Origin: Candidatus Falkowbacteria bacterium
GTDB taxonomy: Bacteria > Patescibacteriota > Patescibacteriia > Patescibacteriales > UBA12465
Length of the DNA stretch: 61,749 nt
Direction of reading: 5' to 3'
NCBI GenBank assembly: GCA_009995495.1
Contig: JAACPL010000005.1
Coordinates: 1 to 61,749, forward strand
How positions within the stretch are numbered: the first letter of the stretch is position 1; every line of letters starts with the position of its first letter. This document shows positions 8,571 through 17,738 of this stretch, one piece after another. Position numbers and translations under genes: made by a program. The notes under the pieces are model-generated. The model was not told where the DNA came from. It made no database searches and saw only the letters and a program-made list of their open reading frames with translations.

Positions 8571-10331
8571 TTAACTCTCAATAACTCTTAAAACTTCTTC
8601 GTAAGTTGTTTGGCCCTGAAGAACTTTGATCGTTCCGTCTTGTTTGATTGAAACAAATTCTTGACTTTTACAAACAGCTTCAAAATTTAAAACCTGACCC
8701 TTATTAATAATTTCTTTTAAGCTATCATTAATTTCAATAACTTCGGAAATCGCTAAACGACTAGCGTAGCCCGTATTATCGCAACGGGAACAACCAACCG
8801 CTTGATAAATTTTATATTTTTCTAAAACATCAGCCAAACTTGTTGCCAACGGTAATTCTTCTTGCAAAACATTAACCGGTAAGCCAGCGAGATTTTCTCT
8901 AATTTCTGCTAAAGCATCAACCGACAAAGTTGTTTCTTGTTTACAATGTTCACAAAGCTTACGAGCTAGTCTTTGGGCGATAACGGTTTTTAAAGTTGAA
9001 GATAATAAAAATCTTTCAATCTTCATATCAAGCAAACGAAAAACTGCGCCTAAGGCATCATTGGTATGTAAAGTTGAAAGCACTAAGTGACCAGTTAAAG
9101 AAGCATGAATAGAAAGCTCCGCCGTTTCCTCATCTCGAACCTCTCCAACCATGATAATATTTGGATCTTGACGCAAAAGAGAGCGAAGTCCGCTAGCAAA
9201 GGAAAACCCAACTTTTGGTCTAACTTGGGACTGGTTAATACCTTTTATTTCATATTCAATCGGATCTTCAAGGGTTGAGATATTAACACCTTCTTTATTA
9301 ACAATTGTTAAAATCGAATAAAGGGTCGTTGTTTTACCACTACCAGTCGGACCAGTAACAAGAAAAATACCACTAGTTTTTTTAATTCCCTCCCTAATCT
9401 TTCTTAAAGCCAATTTATTAAAACCTAATTGTTCTAAACTAGGTGCACCTTTAGAAGTATCTAAAATACGCATAACAACTTTTTCACTACTAACCAGAGG
9501 TAGAGTTGAAATACGAAAATCAACCTCACGATTATTAACTATTAATCTAATTCTTCCGTCTTGGGGGATTCTAGTTTCATCCAATTTTAACTTAGCTAAA
9601 ACCTTAACACGAGAAATGACGGCGTTATGAATACTTTTTGGTAAAGATAAAGAGGTATGTAAAATACCATCAATACGATAACGAACTCTACTCTCCTTGG
9701 CATAAGGCTCGATATGAATATCTGATGCTCGAGCTTCAACTGCGTGACGGATAATAACAGAAACAATACGACTAACTGGAGCGCTATTAATATCTTCACT
9801 ACTTAAATTAGACGTCTCCGTGTCAACAGTAATTAAATCATCGCCTTCTTCCTCTGCTCGACTTTCTAAAGCCGAGGAAATTTCCTCTTCAATTTTTTGG
9901 TATTGTTTAAAAAGTTTCTCCCAACCTGAGTTAGAAATTAAATAATAATTAACTCTTTTTTTCTCACCAGAAACAAGAAAAGAAACTGCCTCCATCGCTT
10001 TTAAATTAGGTTCAACTAAAGCAATTTTTAAAACATCTTCCTCTTTACCAAAGCAAATAATTTTATAAGTTTTAGCAACCTCCTCCGGTAAAAATCTTAA
10101 AACACTTTCATCTATTTCAACTTCTAAGGGGGCTTGATAGGGAAGTTTATAAAATTCCGCCTTAATCTTAGTTAATTCCTCTTCGGCAATGAAATTTTTG
10201 GTAATTAAAAAAGCGGTCAAGTCTTCCTTACCCGTTTGTAAGGCTATCATAACTTCTTCGACCTGCTCAGCTTTTAATAAACCCTTACTACTTAACAAGG
10301 CAAGAATTTCTTTATTTCTATCGTTTGACAT
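8571..10331 (-). CDS. pilB: type IV pilus assembly ATPase PilB (GspE family)
   Basis: 586 aa. Walker A GPTGSGKTT, Asp/His boxes, tetracysteine CEHC...CSRC, and an N-terminal GSPII-like domain. Confidence 0.9.
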   Translation of the reverse strand: MSNDRNKEILALLSSKGLLKAEQVEEVMIALQTGKEDLTAFLITKNFIAEEELTKIKAEFYKLPYQAPLEVEIDESVLRFLPEEVAKTYKIICFGKEEDVLKIALVEPNLKAMEAVSFLVSGEKKRVNYYLISNSGWEKLFKQYQKIEEEISSALESRAEEEGDDLITVDTETSNLSSEDINSAPVSRIVSVIIRHAVEARASDIHIEPYAKESRVRYRIDGILHTSLSLPKSIHNAVISRVKVLAKLKLDETRIPQDGRIRLIVNNREVDFRISTLPLVSSEKVVMRILDTSKGAPSLEQLGFNKLALRKIREGIKKTSGIFLVTGPTGSGKTTTLYSILTIVNKEGVNISTLEDPIEYEIKGINQSQVRPKVGFSFASGLRSLLRQDPNIIMVGEVRDEETAELSIHASLTGHLVLSTLHTNDALGAVFRLLDMKIERFLLSSTLKTVIAQRLARKLCEHCKQETTLSVDALAEIRENLAGLPVNVLQEELPLATSLADVLEKYKIYQAVGCSRCDNTGYASRLAISEVIEINDSLKEIINKGQVLNFEAVCKSQEFVSIKQDGTIKVLQGQTTYEEVLRVIES

Positions 10332-10339
10332 TTGATTTT

Positions 10340-10699
10340 CTAATTATTTTTTTCTTCTACGACAAATGGTAATCGGTTACCAACTATGCAACTTCGAGTT
10401 TTTTGAGTAATTGTTCCCTCACTAGTTTGAATAACGGTCGTCGGTCGATAACAGATATTATTAAAATCAAAATCACTAATATTTTGTTTTAAAGAGCTTA
10501 AGGTCTCGGACTTTAAAACTGAAACATCAATCGTCTCTATCACAGAAATATCTGAACTATAAACAGCCTCTATCAAAACAATATCGGCTTTTGAAGTTAA
10601 ATAATTAAAAAGCTCAAATCGATAAATAAAAATGATTACCCCCCCTAAAAAGATGGAAGCTACTAATGATAATAAAATTTTCTTTAGATTATTTTTCAT
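10340..10699 (-). CDS. membrane-anchored hypothetical protein, pilus-locus associated
   Basis: 119 aa with a single N-terminal TM (ILLSLVASIFLGGVIIFIY). It overlaps the pilO-like gene by 11 nt, which suggests translational coupling. Confidence 0.4.
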   Translation of the reverse strand: MKNNLKKILLSLVASIFLGGVIIFIYRFELFNYLTSKADIVLIEAVYSSDISVIETIDVSVLKSETLSSLKQNISDFDFNNICYRPTTVIQTSEGTITQKTRSCIVGNRLPFVVEEKNN

Positions 10700-11327
10700 A
10701 AATTCCGTCGTTGGTTTTATAATAATAAGTTATTAGGATTAACTGCACCTCTTCCCCAGAGAAAGAAATTTGCTTAATATCAAATAATCGTAAATTTTCC
10801 TCCATAACTGTTAACAATTTTTTGACCCCCTGATAGTCAAGCCCAGAAAGACTTAAAGATACTTCAACCCGACCAACTTTCGGGTTTAAAGATCCGAAAA
10901 CAATATCACCAGTTAATGGCGCTGATGGCGCTTCAGATAAACTTTCATCGGGATAGCTTAAACTAACAGAGGTAAGAATCCAACCGTTTTTATTAGCAAT
11001 TTCTTCAAACTCTCCGAATAACTGTTCTTGTTTATATTGATAAGGTAAAACTAGATTAAATTTAAGTAAATCATCTGAAGGAACCTTGCTATAAATATCA
11101 CTAATAATTTTTAAATTATAAAGCTTTTTTTGTTGCTGATTAAGAAGTAATTGCTGATTAGAAATATTATCTTTAATTAAAAGTTCAGCGGCCCGATGTT
11201 TAGGACTAAGAATTAATAGATAAGATAAAACTAGAGAAATTAAAACTAAAATAATTAGAATTAAGTTAAAATACTGATTCAAAAATATATTTATTTCATT
11301 TAAATTTTTTTTTGACCCGTCTCGCAT
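10689..11327 (-). CDS. pilO: PilO-like pilus alignment protein
   Basis: 212 aa. N-terminal TM, then a coiled coil (QQLLLNQQQKKLYNL), then a C-terminal globular part. Positioned after pilM and pilN. Confidence 0.5.
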   Translation of the reverse strand: MRDGSKKNLNEINIFLNQYFNLILIILVLISLVLSYLLILSPKHRAAELLIKDNISNQQLLLNQQQKKLYNLKIISDIYSKVPSDDLLKFNLVLPYQYKQEQLFGEFEEIANKNGWILTSVSLSYPDESLSEAPSAPLTGDIVFGSLNPKVGRVEVSLSLSGLDYQGVKKLLTVMEENLRLFDIKQISFSGEEVQLILITYYYKTNDGIYEK

Positions 11328-11332
11328 ATATT

Positions 11333-12025
11333 TTATTTACTTTTTTTAAAAATTGTCGGGTCTATCTCCAAGTCAATAGAAAAAGAAACACTTCCTACTT
11401 TTGAATCTTCAAGATTATCACCATCTATAACTTTAGAACTAACAGAATTAACTGACGCTTTTTTAACATTTTTATTGTCAGCTAAAACCTTTACCTGCCA
11501 AGAAGCTTCTGCAAAAGACGGGGCTGAAGCAGCTAAAGAATAAGAACCAGAAAGATTACCGTCAAAACTTCCGAATTGCACTGTGTTTAGAGTATTAGAT
11601 TCAAGCCAAGTAAAAAACCTAGTCCAATAAATATGGTTATCTAATAAGTCACTAAAAGCGGACGACTTATCTTTAAATGATAAAGCATCTTGAGATTTAT
11701 TATTTAATTCAATAGTCTCAAGTCTTATTTTATTTGTTTCCTCTTTAATCTCTTGCGATCTCTGATTCTCTCGTTCTTCCCAATAATCGAGTCCTAAATA
11801 AATTTCAAAAACAAAAGCCCCAGTAAAGATAAGAACTAGGAAAGTTAAAAAGAGATGCTTATTCCAATCAAAAAGAACAATAATTTCATCTTTAACTAAG
11901 TTAACCTCTAAAATTTCCGGATTTTTTGAAGCATCAAAATCATCTACCTTTTCTTTAGGCGATGGTTTTACATCGCTTTGAGCTGAAGGTTGTTTACTGT
12001 TTTGTTTTTTTTTGAAAGAAAACAT
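11333..12025 (-). CDS. pilN: PilN-like pilus alignment protein
   Basis: 230 aa. Cytoplasmic tail, one TM (LFLTFLVLIFTGAFVFEIYLGL), then a coiled coil. Lies directly downstream of pilM. Confidence 0.5.
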   Translation of the reverse strand: MFSFKKKQNSKQPSAQSDVKPSPKEKVDDFDASKNPEILEVNLVKDEIIVLFDWNKHLFLTFLVLIFTGAFVFEIYLGLDYWEERENQRSQEIKEETNKIRLETIELNNKSQDALSFKDKSSAFSDLLDNHIYWTRFFTWLESNTLNTVQFGSFDGNLSGSYSLAASAPSFAEASWQVKVLADNKNVKKASVNSVSSKVIDGDNLEDSKVGSVSFSIDLEIDPTIFKKSK

Positions 12026-12036
12026 GTGTTTTTTAA

Positions 12037-13098
12037 TTAAGAAATTTCTCTTAATGCTAGCCCAATAGCTACTGCTAATTTAGGTCCAACCTCTTTTAAA
12101 ACTGGTTCTAATTCTTCAACGTAACGAATTCTAGACCAAGGGTCACCAATAATAACATTTATATCTAAGGTTTTAGACAAATATTCTGGTAAACCTAAAA
12201 GTAAAGCCCCACCGCCAGACAAAATAATTTTTTCCACTTGTTGCTTATTCTGAGAATAAAAGAACTCTAACATATATTTTATTTCAGTTACTATCGGTTC
12301 AATTGTCTCAATTATAATTTTTGGTAATTTTTTTTCACCATCATTATCGCTTTCACCCAAAGCTGAATTCATATCAATTTTAAATTGCTCGGCCTGAACA
12401 AAATCTAAATTCATCTTTTCCGCCAAGATCTTCGTTATGGTTGAAGAGCAAACAGCCAGGGATCTATTTAAAACAGGAATACTTTCACTCACAATTGAGA
12501 GATCGGTACTATTAGCTCCAATTTCAACAATCATTACCGTCGACTTATCATTTCCGACTAAAGAACGAACGAGAGAAAAAGTTTCAGTCTCTAAGCTCAG
12601 AAGTGAAAGTTTTGCCTCTTTAAATATTTCAATATAACGACGTACTAATTTTTTAGGGGAGCCAGTTAAAAAAACTCGTAAATTTCCTCTAGTTGGAACC
12701 TTCCCATCTTTATTAGGCACAACCCGCCAATCAATTGTCATTTCTTCAAGTGGTAGGGGAATAACTTTTTTTGCTTCTTCAGAAACAGTTAAAGCTAAGC
12801 TTTTTCGGTCAAAATTATTAATATTTATAATTGAAGAAAAGACTGAGAAAGTCGGTAAAGAAACCGTTGCCCTTTGACTAAGAATATTCGCATCGACTTT
12901 TACTTTATTAATTACACTGGCTAAGTACTTTAAATTTTCAATTTTAGTAAAATTAATTTCACTAACATTTTCACTGAAAGCATAATTTGAAAGAAATATT
13001 TGACGCCCTTTTTTTCTGAGCTCAACCATTTTTAAGGAGGAGTCACCTATATCTATCCCTAAAAAAAGATTGTTATCATCACTGAAAAAAAATCCCAT
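12037..13098 (-). CDS. pilM: type IV pilus assembly protein PilM (actin-like ATPase fold)
   Basis: 353 aa. GIDIGDSSLKMVEL phosphate-1-like motif and ILSGGGALLLGL near the C-terminus. Confidence 0.85.
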   Translation of the reverse strand: MGFFFSDDNNLFLGIDIGDSSLKMVELRKKGRQIFLSNYAFSENVSEINFTKIENLKYLASVINKVKVDANILSQRATVSLPTFSVFSSIININNFDRKSLALTVSEEAKKVIPLPLEEMTIDWRVVPNKDGKVPTRGNLRVFLTGSPKKLVRRYIEIFKEAKLSLLSLETETFSLVRSLVGNDKSTVMIVEIGANSTDLSIVSESIPVLNRSLAVCSSTITKILAEKMNLDFVQAEQFKIDMNSALGESDNDGEKKLPKIIIETIEPIVTEIKYMLEFFYSQNKQQVEKIILSGGGALLLGLPEYLSKTLDINVIIGDPWSRIRYVEELEPVLKEVGPKLAVAIGLALREIS

Positions 13099-13164
13099 AT
13101 TTTATATAAAAATTTTATTTAAAAAGATTCAAACCAACAATTTTTTTGTTTCTTGCTAAAAAGT

Positions 13165-13193
13165 TTGAAATTTCCACATTATTAAGATATAAT
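13165..13193 (+). promoter_or_regulatory. sigma70-type promoter for 13229..14467
   Basis: TTGAAA-17 nt-TATAAT. Confidence 0.5.
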
Positions 13194-13228
13194 GATTATA
13201 CAATATTTGAAAATTTTAAACAAGTAAT

Positions 13229-14467
13229 ATGAACTTATTTCGTCGCTATCAAAAATTATTCGTTATTATAATTTTTTTAAGCATTTGTTTTTTAATTGGC
13301 TACTTTATTTGGAGTTTATTTTTCAGAGCCACGGAAACAGAAATAATAATTGATGAAGAGGGACAAATAATTTCTAACTTCCCCAACATCGCCACAGGTA
13401 CGCAATCTATAATTGATAAAGGTGGCCAAGTTGAGTTTCCTTTTGAACCAACAACACCAAGCGTCCCCCTACCGGATGATTCTAGCTTAACAGCGGAGGG
13501 GGGAGTGACTGTTGCTCAAAAATTAGGTGATGACAAAACCTCAAATTCAACTCTAAGTTCTGATGGTGGCGTTCAATATTACAATAAGGACGATGGAAAA
13601 TTTTATAAAATCGATGAAAACGGAAAAGCAGTTGTGTTAAGCGACAAGGTTTTTTTTAGCGTTGAAGATGTAACTTGGGCACCCAATAAAGATAAGGCAA
13701 TTTTAGAATACCCCGATGGTAGAAAAATTTTGTATAATTTTAATACCGAAAAACAAGCGAGCCTCCCTTCTCATTGGCAAGATTTTTCTTTTTCACCAAG
13801 TAGTAATCAACTCGTTTCTAAAAGTATTGGACTCGACCCAACTAATAGTTGGCTCATTGTTTCAAATGATGACGGCTCAAAAGCTAAAGCAATAGAAAAA
13901 ATTGGGACCAATGCCAATATTGTTTATCCCGCTTGGTCGCCGGCGCAACAAATTGTCGGACTTTATACCGGCGGAGTTGATTTTAATCGCCAAGAAATTT
14001 TCTTCATCGGTCAAAACGAAGAAAACTTTAAATCAACTATAATCGAGGGGCGCGGTTTAGAATTCAAATGGTCAAGTGAAGGCGATCGTCTATTATATAG
14101 TGTTTGGAATACTGAGGATAATTTAAATCCAAGACTTTGGCTAGTTAGCACCTCAGTTGATTCTATCGGTCAAGGCCGACGAAGTTTAGATTTAATGACT
14201 TGGGCTCATAAATGTACTTTCGCAACCAATACTGAAGTTTACTGTGCTGTTCCCCAATCATTACCAGAGGGCGCTGGTCTCTTTCCTGAACTTGCCGATC
14301 AAACTAAAGACATACTTTATAAAATTGATTTAGCAACTGGAGCCAAGAAATTATTAGCAATCCCCGACGGTGCTTATAATGTCTCAGAAATCATGGTGCC
14401 GGAAAGTCAAAATGTGCTATATTTTACTGACAAAAAAACTAACGAACTTTATAAGGTTGATTTATAA
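13229..14467 (+). CDS. membrane-anchored TolB-like / PD40 beta-propeller protein
   Basis: 412 aa. N-terminal TM, then repeated motifs of the form W.P....I.Y...G (VTWAPNKDKAILEYPDG, YPAWSPAQQIVG, FKWSSEGDRLLYSV). Confidence 0.5.
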   Translation: MNLFRRYQKLFVIIIFLSICFLIGYFIWSLFFRATETEIIIDEEGQIISNFPNIATGTQSIIDKGGQVEFPFEPTTPSVPLPDDSSLTAEGGVTVAQKLGDDKTSNSTLSSDGGVQYYNKDDGKFYKIDENGKAVVLSDKVFFSVEDVTWAPNKDKAILEYPDGRKILYNFNTEKQASLPSHWQDFSFSPSSNQLVSKSIGLDPTNSWLIVSNDDGSKAKAIEKIGTNANIVYPAWSPAQQIVGLYTGGVDFNRQEIFFIGQNEENFKSTIIEGRGLEFKWSSEGDRLLYSVWNTEDNLNPRLWLVSTSVDSIGQGRRSLDLMTWAHKCTFATNTEVYCAVPQSLPEGAGLFPELADQTKDILYKIDLATGAKKLLAIPDGAYNVSEIMVPESQNVLYFTDKKTNELYKVDL

Positions 14468-14503
14468 AAGCTAGGGGGAGTTGATTTATAAAAGCTAGGG
14501 GGA
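14456..14503 (+). repeat. perfect 2 x 24-bp tandem duplication spanning the stop codon
   Basis: GTTGATTTATAAAAGCTAGGGGGA occurs twice in a row. Confidence 0.9.
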
Positions 14504-14535
14504 AAGGAGTGGACTCTAACCGCCAAGCTTTTAGC

Positions 14536-14597
14536 CTAATTAAACAAAATACCAACTGTTACCAAATTGGTAGCCTTTGAAGTTTTTAAAAAAAGGA
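14536..14597. repeat. intergenic hairpin element, copy A (second copy at 25121..25184)
   Basis: CTAATTAAACAAAATACCAACTGTTACCAAATTGGTAGCCTTTGAAGTTTTTAAAAAAAGGA aligns with copy B. The hairpin is retained with one G-U wobble pair. Confidence 0.6.
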
Positions 14598-14669
14598 CAA
14601 TCACCGCTCAACTAAACAACTAAATCTTAAAAAAGAAGACTAAAAGCCTCAATTTAATTGAGACTTTTT

Positions 14670-15407
14670 ATGAACGAAAAAAAAATAAAAAAATTTGGTA
14701 GACAGCGAAAGCCTTGGCTTAAAAGTTTTGGTGATTTTTTACTAAACTTATTCTTTCCAATAACTTGTTATGGTTGCGAAAAGGCTGGGATATATCTTTG
14801 TCAAAAATGTTTTAAAACAATTAAACTTCAAGAAAGACGAATTCAAACTTTTAATTTGAAGAGAGAAAACTTAAAAGAAGTTTTTATCGCTGGTGATTAT
14901 GAAGATAAACTCTTAGCTAAATTAATTACTACTTTTAAATATGAGGGGATAAAAAATATCGGTTCTTATTTAGGAAAATTTCTAAACTTTTTTTGGGATG
15001 GGAAAATTAAAATAATTAAACTTAAGGATAAAGAGCTCGCCTTAAACTTAGAAAGCTCTTTAATTATTCCCTTACCCCTAACTAAAGCGAGGTTCAAAGA
15101 AAGAGGTTTTAATCAAGCAGAAATTTTAGCAATAAATTTTTGCGAAGAATTTTCTTATCAACTTTTTTTAGGATTAAAAAGAAAAGGCAGAAAAAAGCAT
15201 CAAGCAAAATTAAGTGAAAAACAAAGATTAAAAAATGTTAGCGGCCAATTTTTTATTTCTGAAAAAGATCGAGTTTTTTTATTGGGACGCGATATTATTT
15301 TGATTGATGATGTTATAACAACCGGAGCAACTTTAAATGAGGCGGCTAAAATATTAAAAGAAGCGGGCGCTAAAGAAGTTTTCGCCTTAGTCTTAGCAAA
15401 GGGTTAG
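14670..15407 (+). CDS. comFC: ComF family protein (ComFC, phosphoribosyltransferase-like)
   Basis: N-terminal zinc finger CYGC...CQKC and a C-terminal PRTase motif IILIDDVITTGATL. ATG at 14670; the ORF track begins at TTG 14658. Confidence 0.75.
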   Translation: MNEKKIKKFGRQRKPWLKSFGDFLLNLFFPITCYGCEKAGIYLCQKCFKTIKLQERRIQTFNLKRENLKEVFIAGDYEDKLLAKLITTFKYEGIKNIGSYLGKFLNFFWDGKIKIIKLKDKELALNLESSLIIPLPLTKARFKERGFNQAEILAINFCEEFSYQLFLGLKRKGRKKHQAKLSEKQRLKNVSGQFFISEKDRVFLLGRDIILIDDVITTGATLNEAAKILKEAGAKEVFALVLAKG

Positions 15408-15427
15408 GGTTGAAACTAAGCCCACTC

Positions 15428-15455
15428 TTTACAAAAATAACGACAAGAGTATAAT
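15428..15455 (+). promoter_or_regulatory. sigma70-type promoter of the thrS leader
   Basis: TTTACA-16 nt-TATAAT. Confidence 0.55.
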
Positions 15456-15461
15456 AAAAAT

Positions 15462-15690
15462 AGACAACTTAATAATAATTGTTGATTGTTGAGCCGACCA
15501 AACTCAATTGGATTTTATTAGTCTGACTTATAAGATTCCAGAAAAACTTAAATTTAAGTTTTTCCTAAGACAAAAACGAGTGCTTTTATTTAATAAAAAT
15601 AAAAGAATTCGGGTGGAACCGCGAGATGAAAATCCCGTCCCGATCAAAACAGTTTTTTACTGTTTTTATTAGGAGGGGATTTTTTAATAA
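15462..15690 (+). promoter_or_regulatory. T-box riboswitch leader (Thr specifier candidate ACC)
   Basis: T-box sequence AATTCGGGTGGAACCGCG at 15606..15623, preceded by a stem III hairpin CTTTTATTT/AAATAAAAG. Terminator helix GAAAATCCC...GGGATTTTTT spans 15628..15685. Candidate specifier ACC-A sits at 15497..15500 in a loop closed by TTGAG/CTCAA. Confidence 0.75.
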
Positions 15691-15707
15691 TAAATAAATA
15701 TAAAAAT

Positions 15708-17465
15708 ATGTATAAAGAACATGAAAATTCAGAGTTAATGGCTAAACGTCATTCTCTCTCCCATCTACTCGCTGCTTCTATTTCCGAACTTTATCCCGAA
15801 GCTCAATTTGCAATTGGGCCAGCGATTGATAATGGTTTTTATTATGATATTGATTTTGGCGAGCTTAAGATTTCCGAAAACGATTTAAAAACAATTGAAA
15901 AAAAGATGGCTTTTTTAGCGAAACAGAATCTTAAATTTGAGCATCGTGAAGAAAGTATTGACTCCGCTTTAAAAACTGCGAAGGCGAATAAAAAAATTTA
16001 TAAGGCTGAGCTTATTTCTGACTTAAAAACCACTGGCGAAAAAGTTGTAAGTTTTTATAAAGTTGGCGGCTTTGAAGATTTATGTAAAGGCCCTCATGTT
16101 GAGAATACTAATAAGATAAAGGCGGGAAGTTTTAAATTAAATAAATTAGCTGGGGCTTATTGGCGCGGCAATGAAAAAAATAAAATGTTAACTCGTATTT
16201 ACGGCTTAGCTTTTGAAGATAAGGAAGAATTAACCGCTTATTTAAATATGATGGCAGAAGCAGAAAAAAGAGATCACCGAAAATTAGGCAAAGAATTAAA
16301 TTTATTTATGGTTCACGAATATGCTCCGGGGATTCCCTTCTTCCTTCCTAACGGCATGATTATTTTAAATGAATTAATTAAATTTACGCGAGAAATTTCT
16401 TATGGTGAAGGTTATAAAGAAATTAGAACGCCCCAACTTTTAAACGCTGAACTCTGGAAAACTTCCGGTCACTGGGACCATTATCAAGATGATATGTTTA
16501 TTTTGCATCATGCTGAAGATGATTGCGATCTTGGTATTAAGCCAATGAATTGCCCAGCCCATATGTTAGTTTTCAAACGTGATATCCGTTCTTATCGTGA
16601 ACTGCCTTTACGCTTAGCGGAAACAACCACTCTTTACCGTAATGAAAAATCAGGCACTTTACATGGCTTGACTCGCGTTCGCAGTTTATCTCAAGATGAT
16701 TCACACATTTTTTGTCGTCCCGAACAAGTGATGGCAGAAATTTTAATCCTCTTAGGAAAAATAAAAACTATTTATGCAATTTTCAATTTAGAGATAGATG
16801 AAATTCATCTTTCAACTAGACCGGAAAACTTTATGGGTCTAAAAGAAAATTGGGACAAGGCGGAAGCTGACTTAAAAGCGGCTCTAGAAAAGGCTGGACT
16901 TGAATATAAAATTAATGAAGGTGACGGTGCTTTTTACGGACCAAAAATTGATGTCAAAGTTAAAGATGCGATTGGCCGCCAGTGGCAACTAGCAACCATT
17001 CAACTTGATTTTCAATTACCAACTCGCTTTGAACTTGTTTATACTGATAAAGACGGCGAACAAAAAACCCCAGTTGTTATTCATCGGGCCTTACTCGGCT
17101 CAATTGAAAGATTTATGGGCGTTATAATTGAACATTTCTCTGGGGCCCTTCCGCTTTGGCTCGCTCCGGTGCAAATTAAATTATTATCAGTTTCTGAAAA
17201 CCATGTTACCGCTTGTAGAAAAATAGAAGCGCAATTAAAAGCTAATGGTTTTAGAGTTGAAATTGATGAAGCAAATGAGACTCTTGGTAATAAAATTAGA
17301 AAAGCGACGGGCGAAAAAATTCCTTACTTATTAGTTGTTGGTGATAAAGAAGCGGACGGCAAAATTTTAAGCGTTCGCGATCGCGGCGCTAAAGAGGGCC
17401 GAGAAATTTCTGCAGCTGATTTTATTAAGGAAGCCAAGGAAAAAATTGAAAAGAAGATTATTTAA
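15708..17465 (+). CDS. thrS: threonine--tRNA ligase (lacks N-terminal TGS domain)
   Basis: 585 aa. Starts at the editing/SAD region (RHSLSHLLAASI...GPAIDNGFYYD), followed by class II catalytic motifs and an anticodon-binding domain. Confidence 0.95.
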   Translation: MYKEHENSELMAKRHSLSHLLAASISELYPEAQFAIGPAIDNGFYYDIDFGELKISENDLKTIEKKMAFLAKQNLKFEHREESIDSALKTAKANKKIYKAELISDLKTTGEKVVSFYKVGGFEDLCKGPHVENTNKIKAGSFKLNKLAGAYWRGNEKNKMLTRIYGLAFEDKEELTAYLNMMAEAEKRDHRKLGKELNLFMVHEYAPGIPFFLPNGMIILNELIKFTREISYGEGYKEIRTPQLLNAELWKTSGHWDHYQDDMFILHHAEDDCDLGIKPMNCPAHMLVFKRDIRSYRELPLRLAETTTLYRNEKSGTLHGLTRVRSLSQDDSHIFCRPEQVMAEILILLGKIKTIYAIFNLEIDEIHLSTRPENFMGLKENWDKAEADLKAALEKAGLEYKINEGDGAFYGPKIDVKVKDAIGRQWQLATIQLDFQLPTRFELVYTDKDGEQKTPVVIHRALLGSIERFMGVIIEHFSGALPLWLAPVQIKLLSVSENHVTACRKIEAQLKANGFRVEIDEANETLGNKIRKATGEKIPYLLVVGDKEADGKILSVRDRGAKEGREISAADFIKEAKEKIEKKII

Positions 17466-17472
17466 AAAGGTC

Positions 17473-17736
17473 TTACTTATATAACTGGCTATGAGTTCCG
17501 ATGGTGATGAAGTAAATTACATCTTTTTTATCTATAACTTCAAAAATAGCTCGATAATCTCCAGAAATATTAATGCTTTTAAATCCAATAAGTTTTCCGG
17601 ATAAACAATGTTCATTCAATATTTCAGCTGATCTGTTTACTAAAAAAAGCTCTAAACGTTCAGAAAATTTTTCCTGAATATATTTAGGACATTTTTTGAA
17701 ATTTTTAATAAAGCGACGAGAATACTCAATTTGCAT
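17473..17736 (-). CDS. RelE/YafQ-family type II toxin (mRNA interferase)
   Basis: 87 aa. Contains HCLSGKLIGFKSINISGDYRAIFEVIDKKDVIYFITIGTHSQLY. It starts 3 nt downstream of the antitoxin stop. Confidence 0.7.
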   Translation of the reverse strand: MQIEYSRRFIKNFKKCPKYIQEKFSERLELFLVNRSAEILNEHCLSGKLIGFKSINISGDYRAIFEVIDKKDVIYFITIGTHSQLYK

Positions 17737-17738
17737 AA

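Noticed and set aside
14646-14669. Hairpin CCTCAA-ttta-ATTGAGA plus T5 immediately before the comFC ATG, as a regulatory attenuator
   Set aside because: The stem is short and imperfect, and AT-rich hairpins of this size are frequent by chance here. There is no supporting conservation evidence.
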